Assembly (NCBI RefSeq): GCF_000281045.1
Contig: NW_008246154.1
Coordinates: forward strand, 19,781 to 83,780
DNA from: Saprolegnia diclina VS20
Lineage: Eukaryota
Direction of reading: 5' to 3'
DNA: 64,000 nucleotides
The position numbers and the translations under genes were made by a program. Shown in pieces: positions 37,707-48,973 of the stretch. Each line of letters opens with the position of its first letter. The stretch's first letter is position 1. The notes below the pieces were generated by a model. It was not told the origin of the DNA, did no database searches, and worked only from the letters and a program-made list of their open reading frames with translations.

Positions 37707-39221
37707 TGAAGTTTGAAAATATCATCCGCCAATGAGCAGCGCGCGAATCTTTCCAACCAATCAAAGGCGACCACAGGCCATTGCGCGATCCGATTGGCAG
37801 CTGCGCAAGGATTTCACCTGTCGGCGCCAATTGGCCTCTCTGTGGCAAGGCCAAGAGAGCCCCAACCTGCAGTACGTGGCGAAGAAGCCCGTCTTTACGG
37901 CCGACCTGCGCAACATTGGCTTCCAGCTCACGCCACCGACCACTGCAAAACGTATGGCCGCGTCGATGACATCATTCACTGCCAGCTTCGTACGCCGCAC
38001 AAGAAGATGGTGATTTTCACGGTCGAGTCGCGCGAGGGTCTCGAGCGGCTTTTGGCGCTCATCAAGTCGAACTGGGTGGGCGCCCGCCGTACGTGCGCGA
38101 GGCTAAGGACCCGGCACTGCATGCGCTCACTCTGTGAGATGCGTTCGCGCACCACTTCCACGCCGACGCCTCTACGTCCTCTCGACGTTCGAGCGGTCCG
38201 AGGTGGTGCCAGCGATGTAGCGTTCCACTGCAACCGACGCGACCTGTGCGCGCTCTCGGTCGATTTTTGAAAACAGATACCGCGTGTCGTTCAAACCGTC
38301 GTTTCTGTTGTCGTGCAGCGTCATCGAGAACGCGGCGTCCTTCGGCTCGAGCTCCACCGCGCGCTCTTCACAACCGATGACGCACCTGACGTTGTCACGA
38401 CACCAACGACAATCGACCCGCCATCAGCGTTGAGCAATGCGGTGATCCTTTGAACACCGGCAAGTGGCAACGCAATCGTGGATGATGCGGCGCAGGATAG
38501 TGTGATGGCGACGACGACGCCACAGCGCAAGCACGAAGACGGCAGCGCGCCTCTTTGACCATGCGATTTCAAGCCGCGTCAGAAGCCGAGCTCGTCTCGG
38601 GCGACGTCCGCCAACCTCTCGGTTAATGTCGGCCGCTCACGCGGCGTCCGGGCCAGCGAAGACACAATCGGGCGCATCCGACTCGCGATCCGCTGTGTGC
38701 AGAACGAGCACACGAGCCTCTTCTGGCCAACGAAGACGATATCACTGTGCTCCATGAAGCGTCCGCTTGGTTCCACGGCGCGTACATTTTTGTGTGGCGC
38801 TCTTGGAATGACCCGTGTGTCACCTCGCCACCCACCCCTAACCACAGACAGTGCGAATCCATTTTTGTATCTTCTTTGGTTTAGGCGGTCTATTACCGTA
38901 AACACCAAGGAGTTAACGATTCCATGTGTTCATGCGCTCAATCGGCAAGTTACTATGCTTTGCACTCTTGTGCCACAAGATTGCTGCATTATAAATTGAC
39001 CACTAGAGGAGTAGTGCAGGTGGACACCAAGCCAAAGCACATACTTTAGCGGTGCAAATTTATGCTTACAGTTTGACCGCGAACCGTCCAGTAGATCCTA
39101 TCCTCCTCAGTACCTTTGACGGTATCTCGACAACCAACCACACGCGAGAGACACTGTTCGAGACCATGCACTGTATTGAAATGGTGTGCACGACAACATT
39201 GTTGTCGTCGTCGTCGCTAGC

Positions 39222-42200
39222 TTACTCTTCGTACCCGTCAAGGTCCGAGTCTGAGTAGAACTCGCCGCGCTTCTCGGCATCGCGCTTGGCCTTGAGCTTG
39301 ACCTTGAGCTCCTTGCGGGTGAGCTTTCGCTTGACCTTGGTGACGACCTTGTTACCGAAGGCGTCGACCGACTCCTCGGCGTCAATCTGCTCGATCTTGG
39401 TCTTGTCTTCCGGGACTTGGCCTTCGATCGAGAGCTGACCAGCGACCACGTTCCACGTCTCGATCGCCAAGGCGTCCGTGAACTCGCGGTGGTGCGAGAT
39501 CAAGACGACACCGCCGCCAAACTCCTTGATGGCACCCGCAAGCGCACCGAGCGAGTCGCGATCCAAAAAGTTGGTCGGCTCATCAAGCACAAGAATGTGC
39601 GGGTTGAGCCACATGGCCGCCGCCAAGACGACCTTGACCTTCTGACCGCCCGAGAGACCGCGCATGCGCGAGTGCGTACCAAAGTCGGCCGCCAAACCAA
39701 AGTTGTCGAGGTGCTTCTGCACCGCGATGGCCGTGACGGGACGCGCCTGCATGTTGGCGCGGGCGGCTTCGCGATCGTCGGCGATCTGGAGAATCTTGTC
39801 GAAGCCCCACTTCTCGAGCTTCTCACGCGGGATCCACGAGTTCTCCGTATCGGGGAGCTTCATCCACTTGACTTCGTACTCGAACGACTTCTTGAGCTTG
39901 CGGCGGTTCTCGATCGACTCGAAGACGCGCTTCTCGCCCTCCCAGTTGACGGGCTTGGAGAGGAGCTCCTTCTCTTCCGGGGTCAGCTTGCGCGTCTCCT
40001 TGGCCATGAGCTCCTTGTCCTCGCCGGACTGGAAGCGCCACTGGATGTACTGGTTGGCCGAGATGTCCAAGTGCTGCTCAATGTGGTGGAACGCGTGCTG
40101 GGCCACGTACGCAAAGCGCATNNNNNNNNNNNNNNNNNNNNNNNNNNNNNNNNNNNNNNNNNNNNNNNNNNNNNNNNNNNNNNNNNNNNNNNNNNNNNNN
40201 NNNNNNNNNNNNNNNNNNNNNNNNNNNNNNNNNNNNNNNNNNNNNNNNNNNNNNNNNNNNNNNNNNNNNNNNNNNNNNNNNNNNNNNNNNNNNNNNNNNN
40301 NNNNNNNNNNNNNNNNNNNNNTTGAAGGCTACGGTGGCCGCGTCGAGGTCGTAGTACGCCTTGGCTTCCGGGCGGATCTTGACAAACTCCGACATGTTGC
40401 CGACGTACGTCTTGAGCTTGCGGTTCTTCTCGTAGTGAATGATGTTGGTGCAGACGTTGTCGAGGAAGCCCGAGTCGTGCGACACAATGAGCGACGTGAT
40501 CGTCGTCATGGACGTGAGGTACTTTTCAAGCCAGGCCACGTTGGCGACGTCCAAGTGGTTGGTCGGCTCGTCAAGCAGCAGAATGTCGGCCTTCTGAAGC
40601 ATCGCGCGAGCGAGTTCGAGCTTCATCTTCCAGCCACCCGAGAGCGACCCGACGGCCTGCGCCTGCATCGCGTCCGTAAACCCGACCGAAGAAAGAGTAT
40701 CCGTGACCTCCTTCCGAGCCATGTCCTTGAAATCCGGATCGTTCAACACAAAGTCGACGACCGAGAGCTCAGCCTCTTCCGCCTGCAAGTTGTGCTCGAC
40801 GTACACCGTCTTGAGCTCGTCCTTCGACGGGAAGCCCTCGAGCTGGCCGTTGGCGATCGCACGCATGAGCGTCGACTTGCCGCAACCGTTGCGACCGCAG
40901 AGACCGTACCGGTGGCCCTTCTTCAAGTTGAGACGCGCGTTGTTGAGGAGGATCATGCCGCCGTACGCGAGCGAGAACTCGCAGTCGCAGAGGTCTTCGC
41001 CCTCGTCTTCCTGGACGACGTCTTCGGCGACCTTGACCTTGTTGTCCTTGTAGCACTTTTCGCGGAAGCCCTTGGTGATGGCGGGAATGTCGCCTTCGGC
41101 CAAGAATGCGCTCAGGTACGGCTTGACCGAGTTGGACCACTCCTCGGGCTTGAAGTTGCGCGCTACCGTGAGGTACAAGCCGCAGCCCGCGACAAAGTTG
41201 AGCGTCGCGTCGTCGATCTTGGCCTTCTTGGCCTTGGCGTCCTTCTCCAAAATGAACTTGAGCGTCTGCAGAATCGAGTCGAACTCGATCTTGGTCTCGT
41301 CTTCCGAGAGCTCGACCGACCCGGCGGCCATGAAGAGCGTCTCGTGCGCACGTGTGCACACGTCGCGGCACTCGGGGTCGGCGACAGCTTCGATGATGCG
41401 CTTGAGCGTCGGAAGGACTTTCGGCGTAAAGAGGAGTGCTTCCGCAGGCTCTTCGACGAGCTTGCACATGTTGTCGATGATGACAGCAGTCTGGCGCTTG
41501 ACCGACGTCTTGTTCTCGTTCAGACCACGGACGAGGAGCGGCTCCATGATGGCGAGCGCCGGCGCCTCGACCGTCTTGACAAACGTCGTCGACGCGAGCT
41601 TGTGCACGCACTCGGAGACCTCGGCCGGGTTGGCAATGCACGAGATGAGCGCGGGAATGAACGGCTCAATGTCGGCGTTCGAAGCCGTGCTGCACGCCTT
41701 GATCATGACGGCGTGGGCGGCCTTCTTGACTTCGGGGCGCGTGTCCCACATTTGCTCGGTGGCGTTCGGGATGATGTCGGGGAGGCAGCGCGAGACCTGG
41801 ACAGACGCCACGTCGGCGAGCTCCGCGAGCAAGTTGAGCGCGCCTTCTTTCGTCTGCCACTTCTTCGTACGGTCCATGCCGCCAAAGATGTGTGGCAACA
41901 GCACGCGGATCGCATTGTGGTTGACCGAGTCGACAATGGCCTTGGCGGCCTCGGCCGCCGGACCCCGCACTTGGATCTTCTTGTCGGCGTAGCCGTCGAG
42001 GACGTTGCCGAGGAGCGGCGAGAGGTATGGCTCGAGACGCGCGAGCTTCTTCTTGGCGAGCGCCGTCACAATGTGACACGCGCTCTGGCGTGTGCCGGCA
42101 TCGGCGTCGACGAGCGCGGCGTTGAGCTGGTCCGTGACAGCGCCGAGGTTGGCGTCCTTGGCGCCGGCAATGACGTCGGCGACCTTGACGGCCGCGACGT

Positions 42201-42333
42201 CGAGGTTTTCGGGCGCCGTCGCAAAGGCTTGCTTGAGCGCCTCGGTGACATTGCCACCGTTACCGGCCTTGGGACTCGCCGCCGCGGTCGCGGTCGCGTT
42301 CGTGGGGCTCTTGGCTTTCGGGCTCTTGGGCAT
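39222..42333 (-). CDS. YEF3: Translation elongation factor eEF3 (HEAT + ABC1 + ABC2 with chromodomain insert), interrupted by an N-gap
   Basis: HEAT region KWQTKEGAL..DIEPFIPALI, EGEDLCDCEFSLAYGG, GRNGCGKSTLMRAIANGQLEGFP, LSGGWKMKLELARA, YIQWRFQSGED, FEYEVKW, LSGGQKVKVVLAA, and a basic/acidic tail. Confidence 0.95.
40122..40321. other. Assembly gap inside eEF3
   Basis: Run of N where the second Walker A is expected. Confidence 1.
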
Positions 42334-43358
42334 GGCGGCGAGGTGGCTAGTAGTCGCTGGACTTCTTGGCAGGTGCGAAGCGCACGGTCAAAAGATAAAT
42401 GAACTGCGCTGTGAAATGCGTTGGCACCGCGATGGCGGGCTAAATGTGGGCGATGGGGGGCCGTGGGGGGGGGCCATTGGTCGGTATATTTACGCGCGGT
42501 TGGCTTTGCAACCGATGCGTATTAAGATTGGTGGAGCGCGCTCAACGCGATGCACAGCCTGCATGCAGGCTTCTTTTATCGAAGGGATCGTTTTAGGCAG
42601 CTCCTCATGCCATTCTCAACGCGCCGCTGTCCGCCGTTCTCCAGGCGCCTACTGTACTCGTGATTTTGAAAACAGCATATGACCGAGGAACATACTGCGT
42701 GCCCTATTCGGATTCAACCATGATTTCTATCCTAAATAATCCTTGGATACTGGATACGTGGTGATGGATTGCGACCGTGCAAGCGCGCGCCATGCCTCGG
42801 CGGCACAACGTTTAACGCACTTTAACCTCAAACCGTTGCTTGCCGCAGCCGTCTCTACTTCTATGTTTTTACCATGGCACCGTTCGACCAGTGTACAGTA
42901 TACTGAACTCTGGCATGCACAAAGGCATGTTCTACCCTCTAACATATTGCGTTCAACGAGATGCTGGAGCTTGCGAGCGGGGTGTTTGCGGTGGTTAGTT
43001 CTCCATGCGTCGTTGAATAGCCAGTTGGTTGCGTTGTGGCGCGAAAGCCACGCAGCGCGCCAAGCCAAGTAGCAGATGGCGCTGTCGACGCTGAGGCGGC
43101 GGCTGCGATTCGTGGTCGTCGGCGCCAAATCCCTTTACCGCATTGAAAATGGCGCGGTCGTTTGGCGCCAAATGGGCTGTAACACGTGCCAATCACGGGG
43201 GCAACAGCGAAAAAGGCGCCCAGTTTGGATTTCAGCCAATCAGCGACCGAATAGTTGGCACACGAAAGTGGCGCTCCATCTCAAAAATCCAATTGCACAG
43301 CCGACGCGACCGCCCTCGACGCCTTCGACTCGACGCCCGACGACGACGACGACGCGCC

Positions 43359-45185
43359 ATGAAGAAGCAGCACCCGCATGCAGGTAGACGCGTCCTCCAT
43401 GTGGCACGACCTTCCAGCGCTCATGCATGGCTGCTAGGGAGCGACAAGCACACGGCCGACGCCGCCGCCACGATGAGCTGGGACGCCTCGCTCGTGCCCC
43501 TCGAAGAAGGCTGGCTCGACAAGATGGACACGACGCTCGCGACGACGGCCGACGCGTTCTTCCATGACCTCGCCTGGTCCGACTCGGCCGACTCGCTCCT
43601 CGCGTCGCCCCAGCTCGGCGCCGTCAAGGCCCATCCGCGGGCGAGCCTCACCGAGGCCGAGGCCGCGTTCCAGACGCCGACGAAAGACGGGGCGTTTGCG
43701 CTTGGCGCCCGCGCTGACGACGCGCTGCATCTGTACAACATCTCGTGCGACGCGCTCTTTGCGTCGTGCGACGCGACGACCGAATCACCGCAGACGACGA
43801 CCGACGCCGAGAGCCCGAGCCGGTTATGGGGTGGCTGGGTCTGGGACGACCAGCGCATCTTCTTTCAGGCCATGAAGGCGAAATGGACAGCGCGCGACGG
43901 CTTGCAGAAGCGGTGGGACCAACTCAGTAAGAAGATTGCGACCAAGAGCGTGGACCAGATCGAGGCGTTCTTCACCGCCATTGTCGGCCATGTACGCGCG
44001 CTGCTCATGTATGGCCAAGTCGCCATGGACGTCCACGAGCCGGACGAGGTGCGCTTGGCTCTCATTTGCTGGTACCGCCTCTTTGCGTCAACGCCCGTGA
44101 GCGGCGCCGACCTCGAGAACCCGACCCAGAAGCGCGCGATCGTCCACCGCTTGACCACGTCGTTTCTCAAGAGCCGCAAGCAGATGATCGCGGCCAAGTC
44201 GGCGAAGAAGAAGACCGCAAAGGACCCCACCTCCCCCGTTCCTCCGGCATCCACGACGCCACTGACCCCCCTCACAACGACGACGACGCCTGTCCACCAT
44301 CCATTGGTGCGAAAGAAACGAGCCTTGCCGCTGGCCGAGGTCGAGGCCCCTGAGAAGCGGGTCCGACATGTCCGCAGCCGGGAGTCGTCGCCAGCATCGA
44401 GCCCGACGCCGGTGCGCGCGGCGTCCGTGGCGTCGCCTGCGTACGTGTACGACCTCACAACCCCGAGCAAGAAGCGCCAGATCAAGGTGCGATTGGTGCC
44501 GATTGACAAGCGCACGCAAGCCGTCGTGAGCCAAACCGGCGCGATGCCAAAAGTCGAGCTCAAGATGAGCAGCAGCAAGCGCATCTCGGACGTATGCGAC
44601 CACATGATGAAGAAGTGGGTGGCAGTGCTGCCGCTTCTGCCGCCACATTCGACGCTTCGGGTCGTGCCCCTCGGCGACCGGCTGCACCCTGGCTGGGGCA
44701 CGCATGACATTAGTGTCACATGCCTCGACATCTTCAACCACTGCCGGCAGATCGCGACGGATGGCCTCGTGGATACAGTCACTCTCGAGTACCGCTGGGA
44801 GATGGAAGTCAACGATGAGAATGCGTCGCCGTCGTTTCGAACGCCCAACAAGACTGAGTACACGACGCCGCAGCGGGTCAAGCTGCCGCGGCCCACAAAC
44901 CTGACTGTTGAGAAGCCGATCCCGGTACCATTGGACTTGGACTTTCTGCCATCGCCACACGAGCTGCCCGCGCGGGACCCGCACGACCCGCAGGTCACAC
45001 TCAACTTTTCAACCGACTTCAACGGGTTCCTCGACGAAGGCCCCAGTGCGTGCTCGGCGCTCATGGACTCGCTCGGTGTGCCACCGTCCATAACGACAAC
45101 ACCGCGCAAGCCCACAAAGCGCATCACACCGACGCTTGTGAAACCCGTGTTGCGGCTCGAGATGCCGCCATCGTCTGTAGTCTAG
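43359..45185 (+). CDS. CRAMP1/cramped/TKI1-like SANT-domain chromatin protein
   Basis: SANT-like WVWDDQRIFFQAM..WDQLSKKIATKSVDQIEAFF, and TKI1-like IKVRLVPID..PKVELKMSSSKRISDVCDHMMKKW..VTLEYRW. Probable intron near 43383-43437. Confidence 0.75.
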   Translation: MKKQHPHAGRRVLHVARPSSAHAWLLGSDKHTADAAATMSWDASLVPLEEGWLDKMDTTLATTADAFFHDLAWSDSADSLLASPQLGAVKAHPRASLTEAEAAFQTPTKDGAFALGARADDALHLYNISCDALFASCDATTESPQTTTDAESPSRLWGGWVWDDQRIFFQAMKAKWTARDGLQKRWDQLSKKIATKSVDQIEAFFTAIVGHVRALLMYGQVAMDVHEPDEVRLALICWYRLFASTPVSGADLENPTQKRAIVHRLTTSFLKSRKQMIAAKSAKKKTAKDPTSPVPPASTTPLTPLTTTTTPVHHPLVRKKRALPLAEVEAPEKRVRHVRSRESSPASSPTPVRAASVASPAYVYDLTTPSKKRQIKVRLVPIDKRTQAVVSQTGAMPKVELKMSSSKRISDVCDHMMKKWVAVLPLLPPHSTLRVVPLGDRLHPGWGTHDISVTCLDIFNHCRQIATDGLVDTVTLEYRWEMEVNDENASPSFRTPNKTEYTTPQRVKLPRPTNLTVEKPIPVPLDLDFLPSPHELPARDPHDPQVTLNFSTDFNGFLDEGPSACSALMDSLGVPPSITTTPRKPTKRITPTLVKPVLRLEMPPSSVV

Positions 45186-45247
45186 CCTTAGAAGCCCTCA
45201 ACTTAACCTATTCCTTGTAACCATAGCAACCGATTCCGAACCGTTAG

Positions 45248-45727
45248 TTACTTGGCGGCGCTCTCGTGCGCCTTTCGCAAAAGGCGGGCACATGCATCGC
45301 GGGCCGACTGCTCTGACTTGTACCGACCGACATACACAGGCGGCTTGTCAGCGTGAAGCCGGACGCGTGCTTCGTACGTGACCTTTCGGCGCACAGTGAT
45401 GAGAACCCGCGCTGGGTCGTCCGTCGGGCGTTGTCGAGGGCTCGCTTTGAGATCGCTTGGGGGGTCGTACAAGGACGACGATATCGAGGACGTCCGAGGG
45501 GAGACCTCGGTCTCTTGGTTGTTGTGGTGGTGGGTGGCGGGGGGCACCCACCGAGAAGAGTTCGTGGGGGACCCTTCGTGGCTTTCGCGGCGAAGTTGCT
45601 CGTCCACTTCGTCGTCGGACGACAATTGGCCCAAGCCAGAGTACGGCATCACCGACATATTGGCCTTCTTCTTGGAAGACGATGGCGCGTAGCGCAGCCC
45701 ATGGGACGACTTGCGCACGAGCTCCAT
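45248..45727 (-). CDS. Small disordered protein with a C-terminal AP2-like DNA-binding motif
   Basis: YEARVRLHADKPPVYVGRYKSEQSARDAC resembles the AP2 pattern W.A.I...K..YLG.F.TEEEAA.AY. Confidence 0.55.
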   Translation of the reverse strand: MELVRKSSHGLRYAPSSSKKKANMSVMPYSGLGQLSSDDEVDEQLRRESHEGSPTNSSRWVPPATHHHNNQETEVSPRTSSISSSLYDPPSDLKASPRQRPTDDPARVLITVRRKVTYEARVRLHADKPPVYVGRYKSEQSARDACARLLRKAHESAAK

Positions 45728-45767
45728 ATCGACCAAAACGGTGCGACCGTTATCTGGGACGCGCCAA

Positions 45768-45815
45768 GTTTGAGATTGCAGTTGAGATTGCAGTTTGAGA
45801 TTGCAGTTTGAGATT
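45768..45815. repeat. 13-14-bp tandem repeat GTT(T)GAGATTGCA, three copies plus a partial fourth
   Basis: Directly visible 40-90 bp upstream of the ATG at 45727. Confidence 0.9.
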
Positions 45816-45959
45816 CGAAGGTAGCAAATGCACGAAGCGTCCACCTGTCGTTCGACAGCGTGCTCGTTGGAATTGGCCGCGTTGGACTGCTCTTGACTAC
45901 AGGCTAGGCGGCGTCGATGCGACCAAAGGTTACCAGTCACGCGCGCAAGATAGAAAAGA

Positions 45960-47756
45960 TTAAGGTATGACTAGTGTTCGACGGCACTCAAAAGCCGCCG
46001 GGGCACACGGTTGCGTTGGTCGTTCGGTTGAAGGTGGGCTGGCCGGTGCCACCCGCAATACGATGGCAAGACGTGCTCGGGTACAGAGGTACAGAGCCAT
46101 GATGTTGGTGCCAACGGAGAAGGCCATGGCGAGCACGTAGACGGCAACGACGATGCCGCCAACGATGGCGTTCGAGCCGCCGCGCTGCTTAAGCCACTGG
46201 ACGGCGGCCTTTTGCGGTGGCAGCAAGACGAGCCATGCGAGCGAGAGCAATTTCATACCAAACGAGAGCGTGAGCATCATTGTGACTTGGAAGCGCACGT
46301 TGTACGTGTCATCGACAATGTCTTGGCGCGTCACGTGAAAGAACGAGTCAATGTACTTGTAGAGCACGGTCGCGACGGGTGTCGCGAGGTTGACGATCGA
46401 TGTGACGAGACTGTGCACGACCCCTTCGTTGCCAACGTCGGCAATCTCCACCGCGCAGTAGGCCGAAATGACAAACCGAATCGCCGTCGGAAAGACGTCG
46501 GGCATGAAGCCACCGACAAAAAAGTACTGATTTCGCGCCAGCCCCCACGTCGTACAGTAGAGCACTGTGGCGTCAATCACGACAATCGCGATCGTCGAGA
46601 GCGCGATCGCGACGCGCCAGTTCCATTGGAGACCCCATTTGCCACACGCGTAGATGCAGACGGCAGTGAAGAGCGCGTTAAGGACGCTAAAGACACCGAT
46701 GGCCATGGGTTCGACACCGGCCCACGTCGACGTGATGATCGGGACGACTGTCGCGTCAAAGTTGAAAAAGACGTTGCTGCAAAAGCGGAAGATGCAGATC
46801 TGCCACACGACACGGAGCTGGAGGAGTTCCCAGAGACGACCCAAATAGTCGGGCAAATAAGGCTTCTCGGTGCGCTCGTCGACAATGAGGAAGAGCGTGC
46901 AGTAGAGGGCAACCGCGCATGGCAAAAGCAGCGTCGCGTACACGTAGTTGGGGCTCATGGACCAGGAAAAGTCGCCGCCGTACTCGAAGCTGTTCATGCA
47001 AAAACCAATGACGACGTGGGGCACGAGGGAGGATGCGAACCGCGTTGCGTAAATCATCGATTGGAGCCGACCGCGGATCGCCATTGGCTCGCGCTGGGCA
47101 TACTGCACGACCATCGCATCGGCCGAGACGTCGGCGAGGATGTAGCCAAAGCTGCAGACGCACGAGAGCAGGATCCAAAGCGCCGCGTCTTCGGTCGCCG
47201 ATTCGTTGACCAGAGCTCGCTCGTGGGGCGAGAGGTCGGTCAAGTTGCCGGCGCGGAGGCGGTGCACGACAGCGTCCGACTTTGGCGCGAGCCCGCGGCT
47301 GAGGTACGGAGATGGAAACGGAAGGAAGCTCATGGCGCAAATCGAGCCGAGCGAGAGTAGCCACCCGAGTAGCATGTACGGTTTGCGCTTGTAGCCGCCG
47401 ATCGGAAAGCAGTCGGTGAGTATGCCAAAGAAGATCTTGAGCGACCAGCACATGTTGACGAGCACGCTGTACGACGCCGAGTGGTACCCGTCAAAGTTGA
47501 GGTACTGCGTGAAGAGCGGGTAGGTGAGCGACGGAAGGAGGCCGTAGATCATGCAGACGGCAACGTACTGGCCCAAGAGCCCGATGGCTTCGCGGCTTGA
47601 GAGGTCGAGGGCACCGCCGGGGCGCAGCGCGCCTTCGTCTGGTGCCTTGGTGATAATGGTTGTCTGAAGCGTGAGTGCCAGCGTGACGTCTTCGTAGCTC
47701 GTGAGGTCGTCGTCCGCCGACTCGCAGTAGAGCCATATTTTATCGTCGTGGCCCAT
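45960..47756 (-). CDS. Folate-biopterin transporter (BT1/FBT), copy 3, C-terminus frameshifted by an 8-bp duplication
   Basis: Same motifs as copies 1-2; GTACAGAG duplicated at 46081-46096. Confidence 0.88.
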   Translation of the reverse strand: MGHDDKIWLYCESADDDLTSYEDVTLALTLQTTIITKAPDEGALRPGGALDLSSREAIGLLGQYVAVCMIYGLLPSLTYPLFTQYLNFDGYHSASYSVLVNMCWSLKIFFGILTDCFPIGGYKRKPYMLLGWLLSLGSICAMSFLPFPSPYLSRGLAPKSDAVVHRLRAGNLTDLSPHERALVNESATEDAALWILLSCVCSFGYILADVSADAMVVQYAQREPMAIRGRLQSMIYATRFASSLVPHVVIGFCMNSFEYGGDFSWSMSPNYVYATLLLPCAVALYCTLFLIVDERTEKPYLPDYLGRLWELLQLRVVWQICIFRFCSNVFFNFDATVVPIITSTWAGVEPMAIGVFSVLNALFTAVCIYACGKWGLQWNWRVAIALSTIAIVVIDATVLYCTTWGLARNQYFFVGGFMPDVFPTAIRFVISAYCAVEIADVGNEGVVHSLVTSIVNLATPVATVLYKYIDSFFHVTRQDIVDDTYNVRFQVTMMLTLSFGMKLLSLAWLVLLPPQKAAVQWLKQRGGSNAIVGGIVVAVYVLAMAFSVGTNIMALYLCTRARLAIVLRVAPASPPSTERPTQPCAPAAFECRRTLVIP

Positions 47757-48973
47757 GCTCCGAACAAGCTAATTGAATTGTGACCATGGCCACCCGCACG
47801 TTGCGTCCGACCTGATCAGCGGCGTCGACCAGAGGCCACGTCCCACGGTGCCTCGTCGTCGCCCGTCTCCAGAGTACCCACGTCATCTTGCTACAGTACG
47901 CCCGGAGGTCGCCACCTATGTTTCGCGTTCGTACAAAGGGCTTGCCTGTACGACTCTAGAAGCTCGTCGTTTTATCCCTTGCTCACGAAATCACTTGCTT
48001 TTCAGATTTTACATCTTACAATAATGACACTGGTGGGCGACTAGAGTCGAACCGGCAACGTGCCCAGGTGCCAGCAGACTCGACACGCTACGATCTCTTG
48101 GCGGAATCCCACGTCCACGACTGTGTTCCCATCCTGGTGAATGCGCCATTTTATAACACACTCGAAAAGAGGGCAGCGACTGCTATCTATCTATTGCCCT
48201 TCCTCGCCGCTTTTGAGTGAACTAAGGTGACGTCCATGCAGCGTCTATTTGGCATGCAGGCGCTGTCCAACGCACCGCGCACCAGGTTGTCAGGTTGCGT
48301 GCGTGCCGAGAGTGGCAAGATGATGAGACCACCTCGACACCTCGCGAGGTACTTAGCTAGGCTCTCATTTCAGCCATATCTCAATCCCTTTTTGAAGTCG
48401 AGAGCAATCGCATTCCGCGCCATCGTGCCACATTGATGGCTACTTTTGGTGTCTGGCAAGCGCGGTGTCGTGGCAAAGACTGGTGCCAGGCATCAGATAG
48501 ATACTGGTCAGCTTGATATGCCGCACTCCAAGGCAACAGCAAGAGCAGGGATGTACAAACTTCCCGCGCGATCACAGCGTGTCGTCTCATATCAGAATAC
48601 CTCGAAAAGCCATCCACTGAACCATGGCCCTCTTAATCTGGGTTGTTGACCGGGACGGGTGCTTGCTTGACTTACAGGTTACCGACATCCCTTGCCACTG
48701 GATCGTACAATCGAAATCTGAGATCCTGCGCCGACATCAAGAACAATCATCGCCTCTCTACCGTCCGCCGAACTCCCGTCGACGGTACGTGGCGGGGTGG
48801 CATGCGGCAGAGTGGGACGGGCCACGCAACTGCAAGGTGCCGACCACTCTTGCGGAGTATACATCGTCGCCCGCATCACTTCCGTGCTGTTCATCGCGGC
48901 ATCGCAAAGAAGGAGCTTCCATCAGTATCGTTTTCGTTTATAATAAATCTACTACCCTAACCCTTTCGCCGCC

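Noticed and set aside
37295..37854. ORFs spanning the first N-gap
   Set aside because: Artefacts of translating Ns.
38321..38572. Schlafen/AlbA-like phrase ITALLNADGGSIVVGV on the minus strand
   Set aside because: A single short resemblance with no upstream E-x-K motif or supporting frame.
40078..40325. Apparent frameshift in eEF3
   Set aside because: The frame change spans an N-gap of estimated length.
39664..42402. 912-aa plus-strand ORF and similar long antisense ORFs (10519-12024, 43865-45127, 46212-47360, 49292-50647)
   Set aside because: These are shadow frames of GC3-rich genes on the opposite strand, with no recognisable motifs.
45768..45815. Possible CRISPR-like array
   Set aside because: The repeats are contiguous with no spacers, there are no cas genes, and the context is eukaryotic.
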